Source: Leidyana gryllorum EB-2025a (Eukaryota > Protista > Apicomplexa). Taken from it: a stretch of 64,000 nt of DNA. Within the stretch, counting starts at the first letter, position 1. Each line of letters opens with the position of its first letter. Positions 1 to 13,200 of this stretch are shown piece after piece. The position numbers were made by a program, and so were the translations under genes. Location: the NCBI GenBank assembly GCA_048772705.1, contig JBLWGC010000169.1:1-64000 (forward strand), read 5' to 3'. The notes beneath the pieces were generated by a model. The model did no database searches. It was not told the origin of the DNA and saw only the letters and a list, made by a program, of their open reading frames with translations.

Positions 1-1017
1 ATCTTTGTCGACGCCCCAGCGCAGGCACACTACGTGTGGATCGGGAGAGCAATGGGTCAGTACGGCAACTCCGCGTCGTGGGTGCGGGAGAGGTTGTCGG
101 GGAACTTGCCGTTCTTCCTCACGCCCCACGTTCGTCGACAGTTACAGCGATGGAAGCGTAAGTTGCAAAGGGGGGAGTGAGCGTGTCGTTCGGCGAGAGG
201 GAGTGTGTGTGTGTGTGGGAGAGTGTGACCTTCGCACATGATGTAATGGTGTTGGCAGATGTGACTTATGGTTCCTCGATCGCCAATCTTTTAACCTGTT
301 GGCGCGGGAAGAGGCCAAGAAGAAACATAATAGCTTTGAAAACTTCCTCAAGTCAGTGCCCGTGCTGGAGCCTATGGGAATGTATGCGCGAGGACGTCTC
401 GCTGATGCCCTCAAGGAACGATCTTTTGCCGTAAGCCGTCTCAAAGAGAATTCCTTCCACATTTGCTCAGGCCGGCGAGATCGTTATCCAAGAAGGGGAA
501 GTGAAGGCGAGCGCCTTTTACTTAATTATCGAGGGCAAAGCCGTTGCCACACGCGGAAGTACCAAGGTGAGATCGATCCCCTCGTCGCAGAATCAGTCAC
601 TTAAAATCATTACACTCAGTCGCGCGACTACGGTGAGTTCGATTACTTTGGCGAGGTTGCCTTGCTACAAGGCGGGCCGCGCCAGGCCACCGTTCAAGCT
701 ACTTCACCTCTAAAAGTGAGTACAACCAACCTCTCAGCCTCCCCAATAATAGAGCGTTTCATTCCCATACCATTGTCTCCAAACCACTCGACAACCAGTG
801 CAGTTTCCCTTTTCCACTTGTTGGCCCAAAGATCTCCTTTGATGGTCTCCCACACTCTTCACACACTATTCACACACCCTTCACACACACTCGTCGCACC
901 CCCTTCACACACACACTCGTCACACAGGTCGCAATGATTGACAAGCGAGTGTTCAAACGGGTGATGAGCGACGTTTTGCAGTCGCTGCGAGAAGGGATCA
1001 AGTCCTACAATGCGTGA
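1..1017 (+). CDS. cAMP-dependent protein kinase regulatory subunit-like, 3' part (two cNMP-binding domains, several introns)
   Basis: Spliced translation gives GEVVGELAVLPHAPRSSTV, FLKSVPVL..ARGRLADAL and YFGEVALLQGGPRQATV, ending FKRVMSDVLQSLREGIKSYNA* (TGA 1015-1017). 5' end lies outside the window. Confidence 0.85.
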
Positions 1018-1090
1018 CTCGCCGGTGTTGTGACTGAATACTCACGGCATCGGAGAGATCCCTCGTTACGTTATATATATAGTTAGTCAG

Positions 1091-3871
1091 TCAGTCGAAC
1101 TGAAGGCTCTCTAGCAATGGATCCGAGAACGATGAGGGCTTTTTCTGTCCAAAAATAGCCATATCGACTCAGAAGAACAATACAGTGAACCACCATCAAA
1201 ACATCGGTCTCCCACATCTCCACTCACCTTTGCACTCGAAGACCGATTAACCAAACTCATAATGGAAGGGGTGCTTTGCCCCCCACTCTTAGCTTTGGCT
1301 TTGGCCTTCGATTTCGCTTTCCCTTTCGCTTTCGCTTTGGCGGCCGGAGAAGACTTGGCCTTCACTCGGGCCCGCTTAGCGGGAGGGGCCTCTTCGATCT
1401 CCGCCACATCTTCTTCCCCTTCGTCTCCACTGCTGTCAGTCATAACAGCGAGAAAACGCGCTGACGTTTGACTTCGTCTGTTTCCCGTTGTCGTCGCCGT
1501 TGCCGTCGCCGTTGAGGGCACTGGCGGCTCCTCGGCCATTGACCCGCTGTCATCCTCAGCCATACTGTCGGCCGAGGACGAGAACAGCGGCCTCTTGACT
1601 TGAGGCACACAGCTCACATTGGGGGTCATCGCCCCCAAATCCAAAGCCTCTCCTTCCGAAGCCGTGAGAGCGGCTGTCGTTTCGCACGATATCCGATCTG
1701 CCGCAGGCGCGTCTTGCTGTTGCGCTTCCCACAGCGCTGTACGCTGCCCTTTGCTGCGCAATTTGATCGCTTGGCCGACATCAGCGTCAGTGTCATCCGT
1801 CTTCAATTTTCTGCCCATTTCAACACTCAAATGGCATCTCGACACCACTCAACTCACTTAAGCGCTGTCTGGGTTTCCGTAACCAGTCGTGATACCACAT
1901 TCTCCAGTGCACCGGTATCCTGAAACCTTTTCATAACCCCACTGTGCCAAAGTCTTACTGCACGATCGACGTATTCCTTCACAGCGAGATTCAGTTCGGG
2001 CTCAATTAACATTTCCAATGCACTCTTGTCATTGACATGGTGGAAGATCTGGTGATCGATTGTGCGCGATATTTATGCGCCCTGCACATTACGATTGCAC
2101 TTACCAGATCGTGCACTTCTTGTGCAGCACCCTTGGTGATCTCAATAGCAGGGAGGGCTTTATTTGTCCCAACGGCGTTAGTGGCTGAGACTGTATCTCC
2201 TCGTTTCCGTTTCAAATGGAGGAGATCGTCTGGATTAGCCACCTTGCCAACAAACCCGTTACCAAACCGGGCGGTGGGGAATGTTTCGGTCAGCATATCA
2301 CTCATATCGACGCGCAGCCGTAGCAACGGTTGCGATGCGGTACTCTCCTTCGTCAATTTCTTCTTCAGGTTCGCCAGCCAAGCCTCTTCCTCGCCTTTCT
2401 TAGGGACCAGAGTCATCTGATCCCAGCGGGAGGGCTCTTTATTGGGGTCGTGAGAGTCGGCCAGCACCTGTGCCATGCTACGATCCCAGTCCTCTGACCG
2501 CTCCGTGACGTATTTCTCGGCGTCCTCTAACATCTCCTCAACTATGGATTCCAACATCCGCCATAAGTCTGAGTCCTTCTCAGTCAGCAACTTCCGGACC
2601 GAACCTGCATCCAAGTCACGAAAAACGAACGGCCGAGCGGACAGTAAGGGAAAGGATCGCAGGCGAAACTTCTGGTCACTGATGGCGGCAGAAAGTGATA
2701 TTAAGAGAGATGATTTTGGATCGCTGGAGGTGGCCAGCACCCTTTATCACCACACTATGTGCGTGTCGGATGCAACACATGCTTGCACAGTGCACAACTT
2801 ACAATACTTCAAGAATACAGTTCCGCTTGAAGGTGGCCTCGCCCTGGGACAAAGACGTTGCGACCGAACTGCCAGGCTGGATTATGTGATATTGACCCTT
2901 GAGTGACTCGACCGGCTCGATGTGTGTGTCGTGCTCATGCCCCTGTTGGTGGAATAATGAGAGTAAGGAGTCGAGACTCACCCAGATGACGAGATCTAAG
3001 AAGTCTGGCAGCATCTCCTCGTGGACGCAGCTCTTGGCCGGCATGCCTCCTTGAGCCCCTTTATACCGGTTCTGATGGATGAGCAGTATGCAGAAGTACT
3101 CTTGGGGGTCCGGGGGAGGTTCGAACACAATTTTCTCGAGGGCAAAGATGCGATGCATCCGCTCATCGCGAATGTGGCCGATTCCGTAAAGCGCGATCTG
3201 TTAGCTGTGATGGGGAACACAGGTCAGACTGATGCAATGTCGCTCACCTTACTTGAGCCCTTGTCTAGGAGGACAGGCCGAAGGACCACTTGATCTAAGT
3301 CTTGAACTTTGCCAATGTCATTTATCAGCCTGGCAGCAGATAAGATGTCCAGAGGCGAAACCGGGGCGCCTTCTTGCCCACTCGGGGGGTCTGCAATTGA
3401 AGACGTGTGTTAGGCCACACCCTATTGTTCGGGGAAAGGGGCGCACTTGCCAATGTGCACTTAGCACCCATTTAGCACCCACTTTGCACTTAGCGCTTAG
3501 CAGATGCCACTTTGCACTTTGCACTTTGCACACTCACCATGATTGCCGTGTATCATAAAGATAGGGAGGGCGATATTGATATTGTCATCTTGCGTGTTGA
3601 GTTTGTTTGGTGAGGCATGGAATCGTACTGGGTCGGGTCCGAGGCAGTATTTGTTGAGCAGTTGTAGTGCTCTGCATAGTGTGGGTTGTGAGGGTTTTTG
3701 TACGTCGAAGAGGTCTCCTGAGTGTAGGAGGAAGTCGACTTTGAATGCGCGTGCGAGGGTTAGGGCTTCTTCGAATGTGTCAAAGGGGTCGTCAGCCCTC
3801 AGGGCATCACGTTCCTTATAGCCGAGGTGGGTGTCGGTTGTAATGAAGATGCGGAATATTGATGAAGACAT
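1091..3871 (-). CDS. MRE11: MRE11 double-strand-break repair nuclease (multi-exon)
   Basis: Phosphoesterase motifs TDTHLG, GDLFD, GNH(D), IHQNR, GHEH and QPGSSVATSL; capping-domain motifs PLLRLRVD and FVGKVANP; K/A-rich C-tail; last exon reads ...ESLQFD* (1091). Confidence 0.95.
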
Positions 3872-3897
3872 GACCGACTATCTAATAAAAAGTGTCT

Positions 3898-5910
3898 CTA
3901 ATTGACAGTGAGAGCTTTGGAAGTCATGATGGGAGTGACTTTGGCCTCAGCTGGGAGTTCTGCAGCATAAACGTCGGTCAATTCTGAGACTGACAGCAGT
4001 TCTTGATTCTCCGTGGAGAAAGGCGCGACATCGCCGAGTTGTTGGCGGAGGTGCGAACCCCATTTGGAGGACGTTGTATCGCTGCTGATATCGATGCTAA
4101 AGTGTTCGGCTGTCGCCGAGGTGGTCTCCTGTTCGTAACTGTTGTTGTCGTCAACAAACATTGAGGAGGTCGCAGCTTCTAAAACTTGATCCTTTATCTC
4201 GCTGGCGTCGTTGGGGGCGGCAAAATCCGCTTGAGGAGGAGGTTGGCTATAATCGTTATCCGGATCCGGGAGGATTGACGGAGTCTCAGTGTCCTGCGCG
4301 GGCTTCATTTTGCTTACGTCTCTAACTATGTCGAACGCCTGATCGACGAGTGTCTGAGTCTCCTCTCCGAGGAGGGACCCGGCACCACCTAATGTCCCCC
4401 AACGGGTACCAAACCTATTCATCGTTTCATCCTGCAGATTCTGGAAAATCTGTGTCATTTTCTCCACCAATTCTGTCTGTCTCGCGACCAACTCGGACTG
4501 TTGGGCCCCCACGCGAGCGATGGCGGCACTGCTCACAGCGCCGTCTCCCTCACCAGCAACTTCACTTGAGGAGAAACTGTCTTCTCCCATTTCGGCCGAC
4601 ACTGCTTCCTGTGGCCCGGCGTAGGTGTGGGAAGTGAGAGTGATTGTCCGCACAAACGGCTCCCAACCGCCATTGGCGGCGTCCTTCCCGCCGGAGTGCT
4701 TCACCGTCATCTTATTTCTAGTCCGCACGACCTGACCTTCGGGGACATTCCACACCGTCACGTTGCCTGGCGGACACTTTTGGCGGTGGCCGGCGCTGTC
4801 CGAACCATTTCCCGCCGGCGAGACGGCCGCTATCAACGAAGACGACGCGGAGAGCTCACTCTCCCCAGCCGTCTCCGACGAGATTATGCCGAAGGGGTCA
4901 GCGACAAAGTCACTGATGGCACCCGAAGAGACTGAAGAGCTGCTCACTCCTTCGAAGCCGACAAGTCCATCAGATGAAATCGCGCCCGGGGCCTCAACAC
5001 AGGCGAGGGGGTCACTGCTGCTCGATATGAGCTCCGCAGCCCCGCTGCCCAAACTCGTTGTCTCAGCGGAGGAGGGCTCATCCACACCCAACTTGACATA
5101 GGTGTTGGCCGAATTGACATTAGCTGTCTTTGTTGAGTCTTCGTTCGAGGCTGCAGCAGCAGCAGACATTGTGTCTCCGCTGTCAATTGGCGCCGGTGTC
5201 TCGCTCGAGACGGCACCCGTCTCAGCGGCACCGCTGGACTTTTGCTCCGGTCCGGGAGCGGTCATTGACTGTGCCAATTGGTCAGCCCACTGCACACGGC
5301 GACCCGGTTGGGTGATAACGCGGGTGCGCAAACTCGCGCGCACGGCCACCGGTCTCGGAACCTCTGTGGTCACCTGAACGGTGGTCGACAGAGTTGCTGT
5401 TGGGTGGGAGACGGCAACTGGGGAGACGGCAACTGGGGAGACGGCAACGGGGGAGACGGCAACTGGGGAGACGGCAACTGGGGAGACGGCAACGGGGGAG
5501 ACGGCAACTGGGGCGGCCGGGCGAGCGACCACTGGGATTGTGTGCAGCGCACGGGCGAGACGGCGGCGGATGGGTACGTTGACCGTAACGGGTACCGTTA
5601 CTGTCGCCTTCGCGACGGTTACTGGCGGCTGAGGGCGGCTTGCCACCACAGGGCGCTGTACATTGATGACCGCGGGCTGTTGGAATGCCACGGCAGGGCG
5701 GGTGGCGCCTCTGGCCGGGACGGCGGGCATATATTTGGTGGCAGTCTGGTAAGCCACTGGCTGGCGAGGCACATATTGATAAGCCGCAGCGACTGTAGCG
5801 GAGGGTTTGAGAACACTCTGGTGGTTTGACACAAAGATGTCTGGTGGGGGCGCCACAACACCGGGAGGTGTAAGGGCCGTCAAGAGCACCTTGACTGTGG
5901 AGGCGACCAT
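3898..5910 (-). CDS. Unknown 670-aa low-complexity protein (V/P/A-rich N-half with PVAVS repeats, acidic S-rich C-half)
   Basis: Single long ORF that fills the gap between neighbouring genes exactly; no recognised domain. Confidence 0.75.
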   Translation of the reverse strand: MVASTVKVLLTALTPPGVVAPPPDIFVSNHQSVLKPSATVAAAYQYVPRQPVAYQTATKYMPAVPARGATRPAVAFQQPAVINVQRPVVASRPQPPVTVAKATVTVPVTVNVPIRRRLARALHTIPVVARPAAPVAVSPVAVSPVAVSPVAVSPVAVSPVAVSPVAVSHPTATLSTTVQVTTEVPRPVAVRASLRTRVITQPGRRVQWADQLAQSMTAPGPEQKSSGAAETGAVSSETPAPIDSGDTMSAAAAASNEDSTKTANVNSANTYVKLGVDEPSSAETTSLGSGAAELISSSSDPLACVEAPGAISSDGLVGFEGVSSSSVSSGAISDFVADPFGIISSETAGESELSASSSLIAAVSPAGNGSDSAGHRQKCPPGNVTVWNVPEGQVVRTRNKMTVKHSGGKDAANGGWEPFVRTITLTSHTYAGPQEAVSAEMGEDSFSSSEVAGEGDGAVSSAAIARVGAQQSELVARQTELVEKMTQIFQNLQDETMNRFGTRWGTLGGAGSLLGEETQTLVDQAFDIVRDVSKMKPAQDTETPSILPDPDNDYSQPPPQADFAAPNDASEIKDQVLEAATSSMFVDDNNSYEQETTSATAEHFSIDISSDTTSSKWGSHLRQQLGDVAPFSTENQELLSVSELTDVYAAELPAEAKVTPIMTSKALTVN
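5406..5513. repeat. 15-bp coding tandem repeat (GGGAGACGGCAACTG, about 7 copies) encoding (PVAVS)n
   Basis: Directly visible tandem array. Confidence 0.95.
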
Positions 5911-5962
5911 TCAATTCTCCGATATGATTAACACACACAGAACACAACAACGATAAATTAAA

Positions 5963-7192
5963 TTAGAACAAACCGAACGACATTAACTTTTTTTCCTTCA
6001 CATCGCGATCCGTCGTTTCTTCTGTCGATTCAGCTTCTTTGGCCCTCTCCTCGTCGGCCCTCGCCTCCGCGGACGCGGAGACGTCTCCTGCGCGGGCCTT
6101 AGCTCGAGCCTTAGCTCGACCGTTGGCGCCCGACTTGGATTTTGACGGTCTATTGGGGTGCTGCCTATCGCTGCTATCTGAGTCCTCCTTTGGAGGAGAC
6201 GGCGAGTCAGCCTCGGCCTCTGTGGACTCCGGCGAGTCGGAGTCGTCGTCGTCTTCTACGGTCTCCTCTTCGTCAGTCTCGCTGTCGTCGCCGTTCTCTT
6301 CGTCGTTGCTGTCGGCGTCTCCGTCTCCGTCTCTGTCGGGTTGGCTGTCGGCGTCTCCTTTGGCGACGTCGTTGATATCGGGTACATCAGCGTCTTCGTC
6401 GAGTCCGAGTTCGACGTCAATGGACATCTTGTCGTCCTGTTTGGCCTTTCCGTATTTCTCGCGTGTGTCCTGAATCTTCTGTTTGAGTCTTTCGTCCATT
6501 TCTTTGTGAGCGTTCTGATTGTTGCGTTTGAGATCTTTGTCCAAACTTTTGATCTCGTCGTCGAGGGGTTTGGCTCTCTGTCCGCCGACGTATCGCTGTT
6601 CGGCTTCGTCGTACCATTCGCGGACGAATCCCTCTCCCATCTCGTCGGCGCGGGTGACAGAGTCTGCGAGCATTGTGACGAGATACTTGACGGCTTCGAT
6701 CAGTTGTTCAGCCTCGAGGGCGATCTCTCGTCGCATCTCGGCCGCTCTGCGTTCAATTTCTTTGACGACCTCAGCTGTCCGCATATCCAAATCCTTTTGG
6801 AGTTTGCTGACGGCCTTTTCTATGGACGCCTGAGTCCTCTTGAGCTCTGCCCCTCCGTGGCTGTCCTTCTTGACCTGCTTGGGTGTGGTGTCCTCTTTGG
6901 GACACCCACCGCCTTTGAGGAGACACGGCAGCAGGTTGGGGTCGGGTTTGCCGCTGGAGTTGGGCGGTCGGTCTTTGGAGACGTCGTCGACCAAACTTTG
7001 GAGTCTCTCGAACGAGGGAGCCAAGGGCGGGTCCATCAGCTTGCGAAGTTTCTCATTATCCTTCCGGATCCAAGTTGGAGTGCGGAATTTGTTTCGTCCT
7101 TCGGAGATCATATTGGACATTCGTCCGTCTCGCGGGGCTCCCAATACGCCCCCACTGCTCAATAAAACCAAAGATAATAACCTCAAATTCAT
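5963..7192 (-). CDS. Secreted coiled-coil protein with acidic tail, unknown function
   Basis: Signal-peptide-like MNLRLLSLVLLSSGGVLGA, helical E/K/R-rich core, D/E-rich tail; intronless 409 aa. Confidence 0.8.
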   Translation of the reverse strand: MNLRLLSLVLLSSGGVLGAPRDGRMSNMISEGRNKFRTPTWIRKDNEKLRKLMDPPLAPSFERLQSLVDDVSKDRPPNSSGKPDPNLLPCLLKGGGCPKEDTTPKQVKKDSHGGAELKRTQASIEKAVSKLQKDLDMRTAEVVKEIERRAAEMRREIALEAEQLIEAVKYLVTMLADSVTRADEMGEGFVREWYDEAEQRYVGGQRAKPLDDEIKSLDKDLKRNNQNAHKEMDERLKQKIQDTREKYGKAKQDDKMSIDVELGLDEDADVPDINDVAKGDADSQPDRDGDGDADSNDEENGDDSETDEEETVEDDDDSDSPESTEAEADSPSPPKEDSDSSDRQHPNRPSKSKSGANGRAKARAKARAGDVSASAEARADEERAKEAESTEETTDRDVKEKKLMSFGLF

Positions 7193-7235
7193 CTTCGTAA
7201 CACTTCGAGGATCAACTTCTGAAACCCCACACTTG

Positions 7236-10200
7236 TTACATGCGATCTATCAAAGACGCCTCTGACACTCTCCAGCGACTCTCACTGCCGCCCTCCATAT
7301 CGGAGGCTTCCTGCAGCTTCTGCTGCAACCCGTCGCTGATCTCCAACACTTCGCCGCCGGTGGCTGTGGTAGTCATTTGGGGGGCGAGTGGTCGCCGGCC
7401 ATAGTTCACCATATACCCAGGTGGCCCGCGGCTCGCACTCGGTGCGGCCATTCGATCCCCGCGATTCATATAGAGAACGGCTTCCTGCGCCTGACGCAGA
7501 CTGCCGCTCAACGAATACGACCCCACAGAACTGCTCGTCTCAAACAGCGAATTTGGATCCACCAAGTCGCCCTCCATCAACACACTTTCTCCCAATGTCA
7601 CATCTTCCGCTTCAGCAGCGGCCGCGGCTGCGGCAGCGGCTGCGGCAGCGGCAGAGGGCTTCCGGCGGTCGTTCAGCGGCCGATCGTTCAGCGGCCGTCG
7701 ATCGTTTGCGGCCGCGGGAGTCCTCTGAATGCTCTCTCTCCACGAGTCGACGTCCACACCGTTCACCAATTCACTCAGAGCCTCGATGGCCTCCTGTTGT
7801 TTCTGGTAATTCTGCTGTGGGGGCAAATCCACTTTGAGGGTCAATCGTTCCCGTCGGGCGCGAGAGGACTCGCGAGAGAGCCGTGTGGCGTCTCGCGAGA
7901 GACGGGTGTCCCCCCCGCCGCCGGCTGTGAATGAACTCGCGGCACTGCTGTGGTGAGAGCTCCGGAAACCCGAATTCCCGACGCCCACCGCAGCCAACCG
8001 GGAGCCCAGCGACGCTCGGAAATTGGCTGCGGTTCCCCCGCCGCCGTCGACGCGTCTCACCGATGAGGCGATGGACAGAATCGATTCATCGCCTCCGCCC
8101 CGCCGTTCTCCGGTGCTCTTATCGTCAGTCAGCCAGGGATAGTTTGAGGGTCGTCGGGGCGGTGCGATTTGGGTGGGGTTTGCCGCTTCGAGTTCCGAAC
8201 TCTCCGCTGACGACTCTCCGATTGATCGTCCAAAGTCACTCGGATCGGTGCCGTTTGACATTGGCAACAATTGCACCGGTTCGGGCGGCCGTCCGCGAGA
8301 CCGTCGGGGCCGTCCGTACCCAACTTGCGGTACGCCGCTGCTGGAGCCGTTCCGCTCGGCCGCACTCTCCCGCACTGTCGTCACCAAACTCCCGGATTGG
8401 TTCATTGACAGATCCAATTGGGGCTCCACAGCTTCGCTTTCCTGTGTGAACATCGCCCCCCGCGGGTCATCGGCCTTCCAGTTCAGCGGGGGCACCGCTG
8501 CGGGCCGATGCTGACGGGGCAACTCGTGTCGAGTTGAGAACTGACTCGTCGTCTCGGTGTCCTCTGTCCCGGCTATCGACACGAGCGGCTGCGCCTGTTG
8601 ACGCCGTCCCGCCAAACTCGACCGATACGAAGAAGAGCGCTCCTCGACGTCGCCCCCATCAACGATCCCACCGTCTCCAGCCCGAGACGAGTTGGAGTAA
8701 TCCTGGTGGTGAGACGTCACCATTTCTGGAGAGGAGTCCCCCCTTTGACCATTCAAAGCGCCCCGACGTCCGATGTCTCCGTCGTACTGCTGTTGAAATG
8801 GACCGTCGGGCGGCGGGCTGTCAAACTCGCCGTCCTTTTCAGGCGATGAAGAATTGTCAGTGACAATAATCGGTTCACTTTGCCGAATTGGGTCGCGGGG
8901 GAACTCATCGCGTCGCTGCGGCCGTCGTCGGTCGGTCCGCCTCGGCAACTTTGTGCCCGCGGGCAGTTCGTAGCTGCTCACACTCGCTGATCGCTGCGGC
9001 TTTACAATTTTGACGGGGTGCCGCCGCCCTCTCCACGCGAACCCGCGCCCGCCTCCCGCCGCCTCAGCTTCTCTGTACGTTTCACTTTCGCCGTAATTCT
9101 CGCCCTCTTCCCGCCGCGGGGCCTCAGACGGATACTTAGAATACCGGGGGGGAGCCTCAACGCGGGGGGCTTCGACGCGCATTGAGCCCCGTCTCGGCTG
9201 CCGCCACACTCTCGTGTCCTCATAGGTCTCTGCATACTGCTCCTCCTCCTCTGCATACTGCTCCTCCTCCTCCTCGCCGCCGCCGTTGCTTTCGTAGGAG
9301 GACCATCGGCCGGTTTGGGGATACACTCGATCGGGTCGGCCGTCGTGGTACTCCTCGGGAGAGGGGTACCCACCGGATGAGGAGTCTCCTCTATTCCGAT
9401 ATTCTTCGCGCTGCTCCAAATACTCCCCTCTGCCGCTTCCCTCGCTGTCGTCTTCGTGGAAGTGCTCCTCGTCGCCGATCTCTCCGTCCTCAGGCTGCCC
9501 CTCGCTGCCGCTGAGTAAGTTGCCGTACTCATCAGTCGATACAAAGTGGCCTTCGGGTGTGATGATATAGAATCCCACGTTGTCTCTGTACACTGCCGGC
9601 GGGTCTCTCTCGTCCTCAGACTGAGACTGAACACTGTCTCCTCCTTCTCCGTGATGCCATTCATGCGGCATTGGACGTCTCATCCCGTCGGCCTCATCGC
9701 TGTGGCCACCAGAATCTTCGCCGTTGTCGCTATCACCGCTGTATTCGGCCGCATATCCCCCTTCCCGCTCTCTTCTCTCATACGGACGGCCATTTCGCTG
9801 TCCGTAGTACTCTGACTCGCCCTCGGGTGGGGACTGAGGCGGCTCTTCCTCCCCGTAATACTGCCCGCCGTCTCGGCCATAGCCGCCGTCTCGGCCATCC
9901 TCACGGTATCCGTAGCCCTCCTCGTCAACGTACGGGGGAGAATGCTCTCCTCCCTGGAATCCAGCGCTGTCCGGATCCCCACCGGAGGCCGAGAAATCGT
10001 TGCCATTGTGTTCTCCCTCGCGATACTGTCCCGCGCTCTCATCCGAGTTCTCTCCAATGTGACCGCCGTACTGCCGGTCGCCGCCGTCCCGAACGTATCT
10101 CGCCCCGTACTGCCGCCCAACGGCGATGTCCCTTTGGTCAAAGGAGTGCTGAACCGCGTCTCTCTCGCCATACCGGCCGTCATTCGCGTATTTCAGGTCA

Positions 10201-13200
10201 TAATGTTGGCGGCCTCCCCCGCCGCTCTCGTCATCGTAAGGGGGACTCTCGCCGTCTCTGTCGTCCCTCTCGTCATAATATGGGGGACTCTCGCCTCTGT
10301 CGTCATAGTGACGACCCGCGTCCTCCCGCTGGTCGTAATATGGAGGGCTCTCGTCATAGTGACGGCTCGCGTCCTCGCGCTGGTCGTAATATGGAGGGCT
10401 CTCGCCGTCTCTGTCGTCATATTGGTGGTCATCGCGGCCGCGCTGATCGTAATACGGCGGACCCTCGCCGCCGTCTCCGTCGTATCGTTGGGCACTCCCG
10501 TCTCTCTCGTCGCCATCGACATATTGTTGGTGTGCACTCTCGTCTCTCTCGTCTCTCTCGTCGTCGTAGCGCTCACTGCTGTCTCTCTGACCATAGATTT
10601 GTCGACCCCCGCCTTTCATCCCGTATCCGCGGCCAATGCCGTCTCTGTCGTCGTAATGGCGATCATCGTGGCCTCCCTCGCCGCTATCAGCTTCAAAGTA
10701 GGCCTGACGGTCATCAAAGTCTCGACGACGATCAATCGGTTGTGAGGTTCGGATGAACTGCTCCTCTTCGTATTGGCGGCCGTCTCCAATGAGACTGCCT
10801 CCAATGAGACTGTCACCGATTTCTATCGGTCGAGCGGGCTGTCCGGTGGAGACCGACTGTTGGCTCTGAATGAGAATTACTTCTGGCTGATGGTGTGTTT
10901 GGGGTGGCGGTGGGTTGGGGGGGCGGTCAAGTCGATGACCCCCCCCGGACGGAGGGCGTATGGAGCGATCGTCGTCTTCCGGACGGGAGATAATGGGAGG
11001 CCGGCGGGAATGTATTGCACTGATTGAGGACTCTTCAGAGACGGCGTGGTGTAATTGGTGGTGGGGGTTGGAGAGATCTCTGTGTACTTGAGTGGTCCTC
11101 TGATTGTCGATGTAATCTGTGTAGCCGGGGGGTCGACTGGAGGTGGTTTTGTCGAGCAGAATGAGCGACTCATCGCCGCCGGTGGCGGAATGGTTCTCGG
11201 CGAAGTTTTGTCTCAATCGATCCGGTGCCGAAGACCTCGTCACAATGGCCGGGACTTCCTGGACAGACAGTGAACTGTCAAACAGTTTGGGGTCCTGTGT
11301 TGAGGGAGGATCATTGTGGTTGGGATTGTGAGACCCAATGTACTCCAACGACGAGGCGACAGAGGAAACTTTGAGACCGACACCGTCTGAGGGAGTGAAC
11401 CCGGGTGGACGAGCGTCAGTGTCGCCCGTAACAGGATCGACGTCTCCGTCTCCGTTGTACAGGTTGCCGTCTCCGTCTCCGTTGTACAGGTTGCCGTCTC
11501 CGTCTCCGTTCCCCTCTGGAGACGGAGGAGGGGCGGCGCATCTCAAGTAGTACGCCATAGTGTCATCGGGTCCGAGCTGTCGTACCATTTGAGTGAGTTG
11601 GGTGTTTGGCGGGGCGGGGAGGGGGTGCTGCTGATCGGTGTCCTGTCCGTTGGCTGCCGTCTCCAGTGCGTATTGGGCGCAGAGGTGTGCGTGTGTTTGT
11701 TGCATTCGTTCGAGTATTTTGTCGATGACGTGTGCGGGTGGTACGAGTATCCAGGTACCCATATCGTCAGCGAGTTGGGCCAAATAGTCGATTTGGTTCA
11801 TAGGGTAAACTTGACATTTGACACCGACCTCTGCCAGATTATAGTACGGGTGACGGTCGGGATAGGAGCCCGGGACAAATAGCCAATCCCGGCCGCCGTT
11901 CTCGAATCCTTCGGGATATTCGATAAAGTGAACGAGTTGACGTTTGTGCCACGCGTCGATAATCATTCGTTCGATCTCTACCGCGGTCAGCGGTATCTTA
12001 TTGGCGTTGTGGGACCCGTTCTCGGGAGACGTCCAGATGGGTCTCTGGCGTTGGGGTGTGTAGATACTGTGAGACAGTTTGCGGACGGGACTCAGAGGTT
12101 TGGGAATGGGATGAATGCCTCCGTAACGAATCTCACGCAGCTTAGCGAAGAAATTCCACCGTCTCGGATTAAGTTTGAGGTCCTCTTGAGCCTTTTTGAC
12201 CAATCGCTCAAACTCGGCTTTGAACTCTGTCGGAATCGATATTCCGCGCTGAACTCTGTGCAGCACATCCGGGTGCTCGTGGACGTCCTGGAAACATCCC
12301 TGATACCACGGGAACTCGTCCTGGGACAACATTGGGATCGGTGTGGGTCCAATGGAATCGCCACCGCGAATAGCAGCCGCCGCCTCAAAGGGGTCTGTGG
12401 GACCCCCCCGCGAGCCGCCGACTTCTTCTTCTTCTTCAATGGGTTTCCCACTTCGACTTAAGAGACGATCATTGGGCCCGGGCCGATACCTCTGAACCAA
12501 ATTGGCGACGGCCTGTGTCCGTTGGCCGTCGCTCAGTGTGGCATTCATTCCCTCTTCTCCCGTCTCGCAGCCGCCATTGTGCTGATGACCAATGATTGTC
12601 ACACTCGCCGTCTCCGAGTCGGAGACGTGACCCATTCCAATTGTGGCGGGCTGAACGACCTTTCGTTGGAGATTCTGACCCAAAATGACATCGGCAGCCG
12701 AGCTCGAGTCGCTTTGGACAGTTCTGTTGTGTTCATTCATCCGCTGCTCCAAACTCGGCGGGAGAGCCCAATTTGTCTCAGTGCGGCCTTCGCTATCCGA
12801 CATCACTCCACCACCGGGACGACTGAGCATCACCAACGAGTCGTCCATTCGATGTCGATCTGTGGGCGGTGGTTCGACAGCGTCCACAAACTCTTCTTCT
12901 TCACCCCGTTTCGGGGGTCGCGTCACTGCCCGTTGGTGACCAAAGTTGGCCGCCGCCGCCACATTCGTCTCGCTGTCAGTCGGTTTCGACTGCGGTTGAG
13001 GCGCAACTCTTATCATATTGCCGTCTCTGTACACCGCGACCTTCTCGCCCACATTCGGTACGCCCGGGAACGGGTGGCCGGGCACAGCGGAATGGGCCAA
13101 GGCCGCTATCGTCGGTGTCACAGTCATCGCTGTCAACGGCGTCTGGGGATGCAGCGGCACCGAGGAGGGTGCCGGACTCGGACCCATCGCCGCCAATTGG

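Noticed and set aside
6341-12461. Long antisense and alternative-frame ORFs (e.g. 6341-7165 +, 9671-10756 +, 9942-10745 +)
   Set aside because: Shadows of GC-rich, repetitive coding sequence on the opposite strand; no recognisable motifs.
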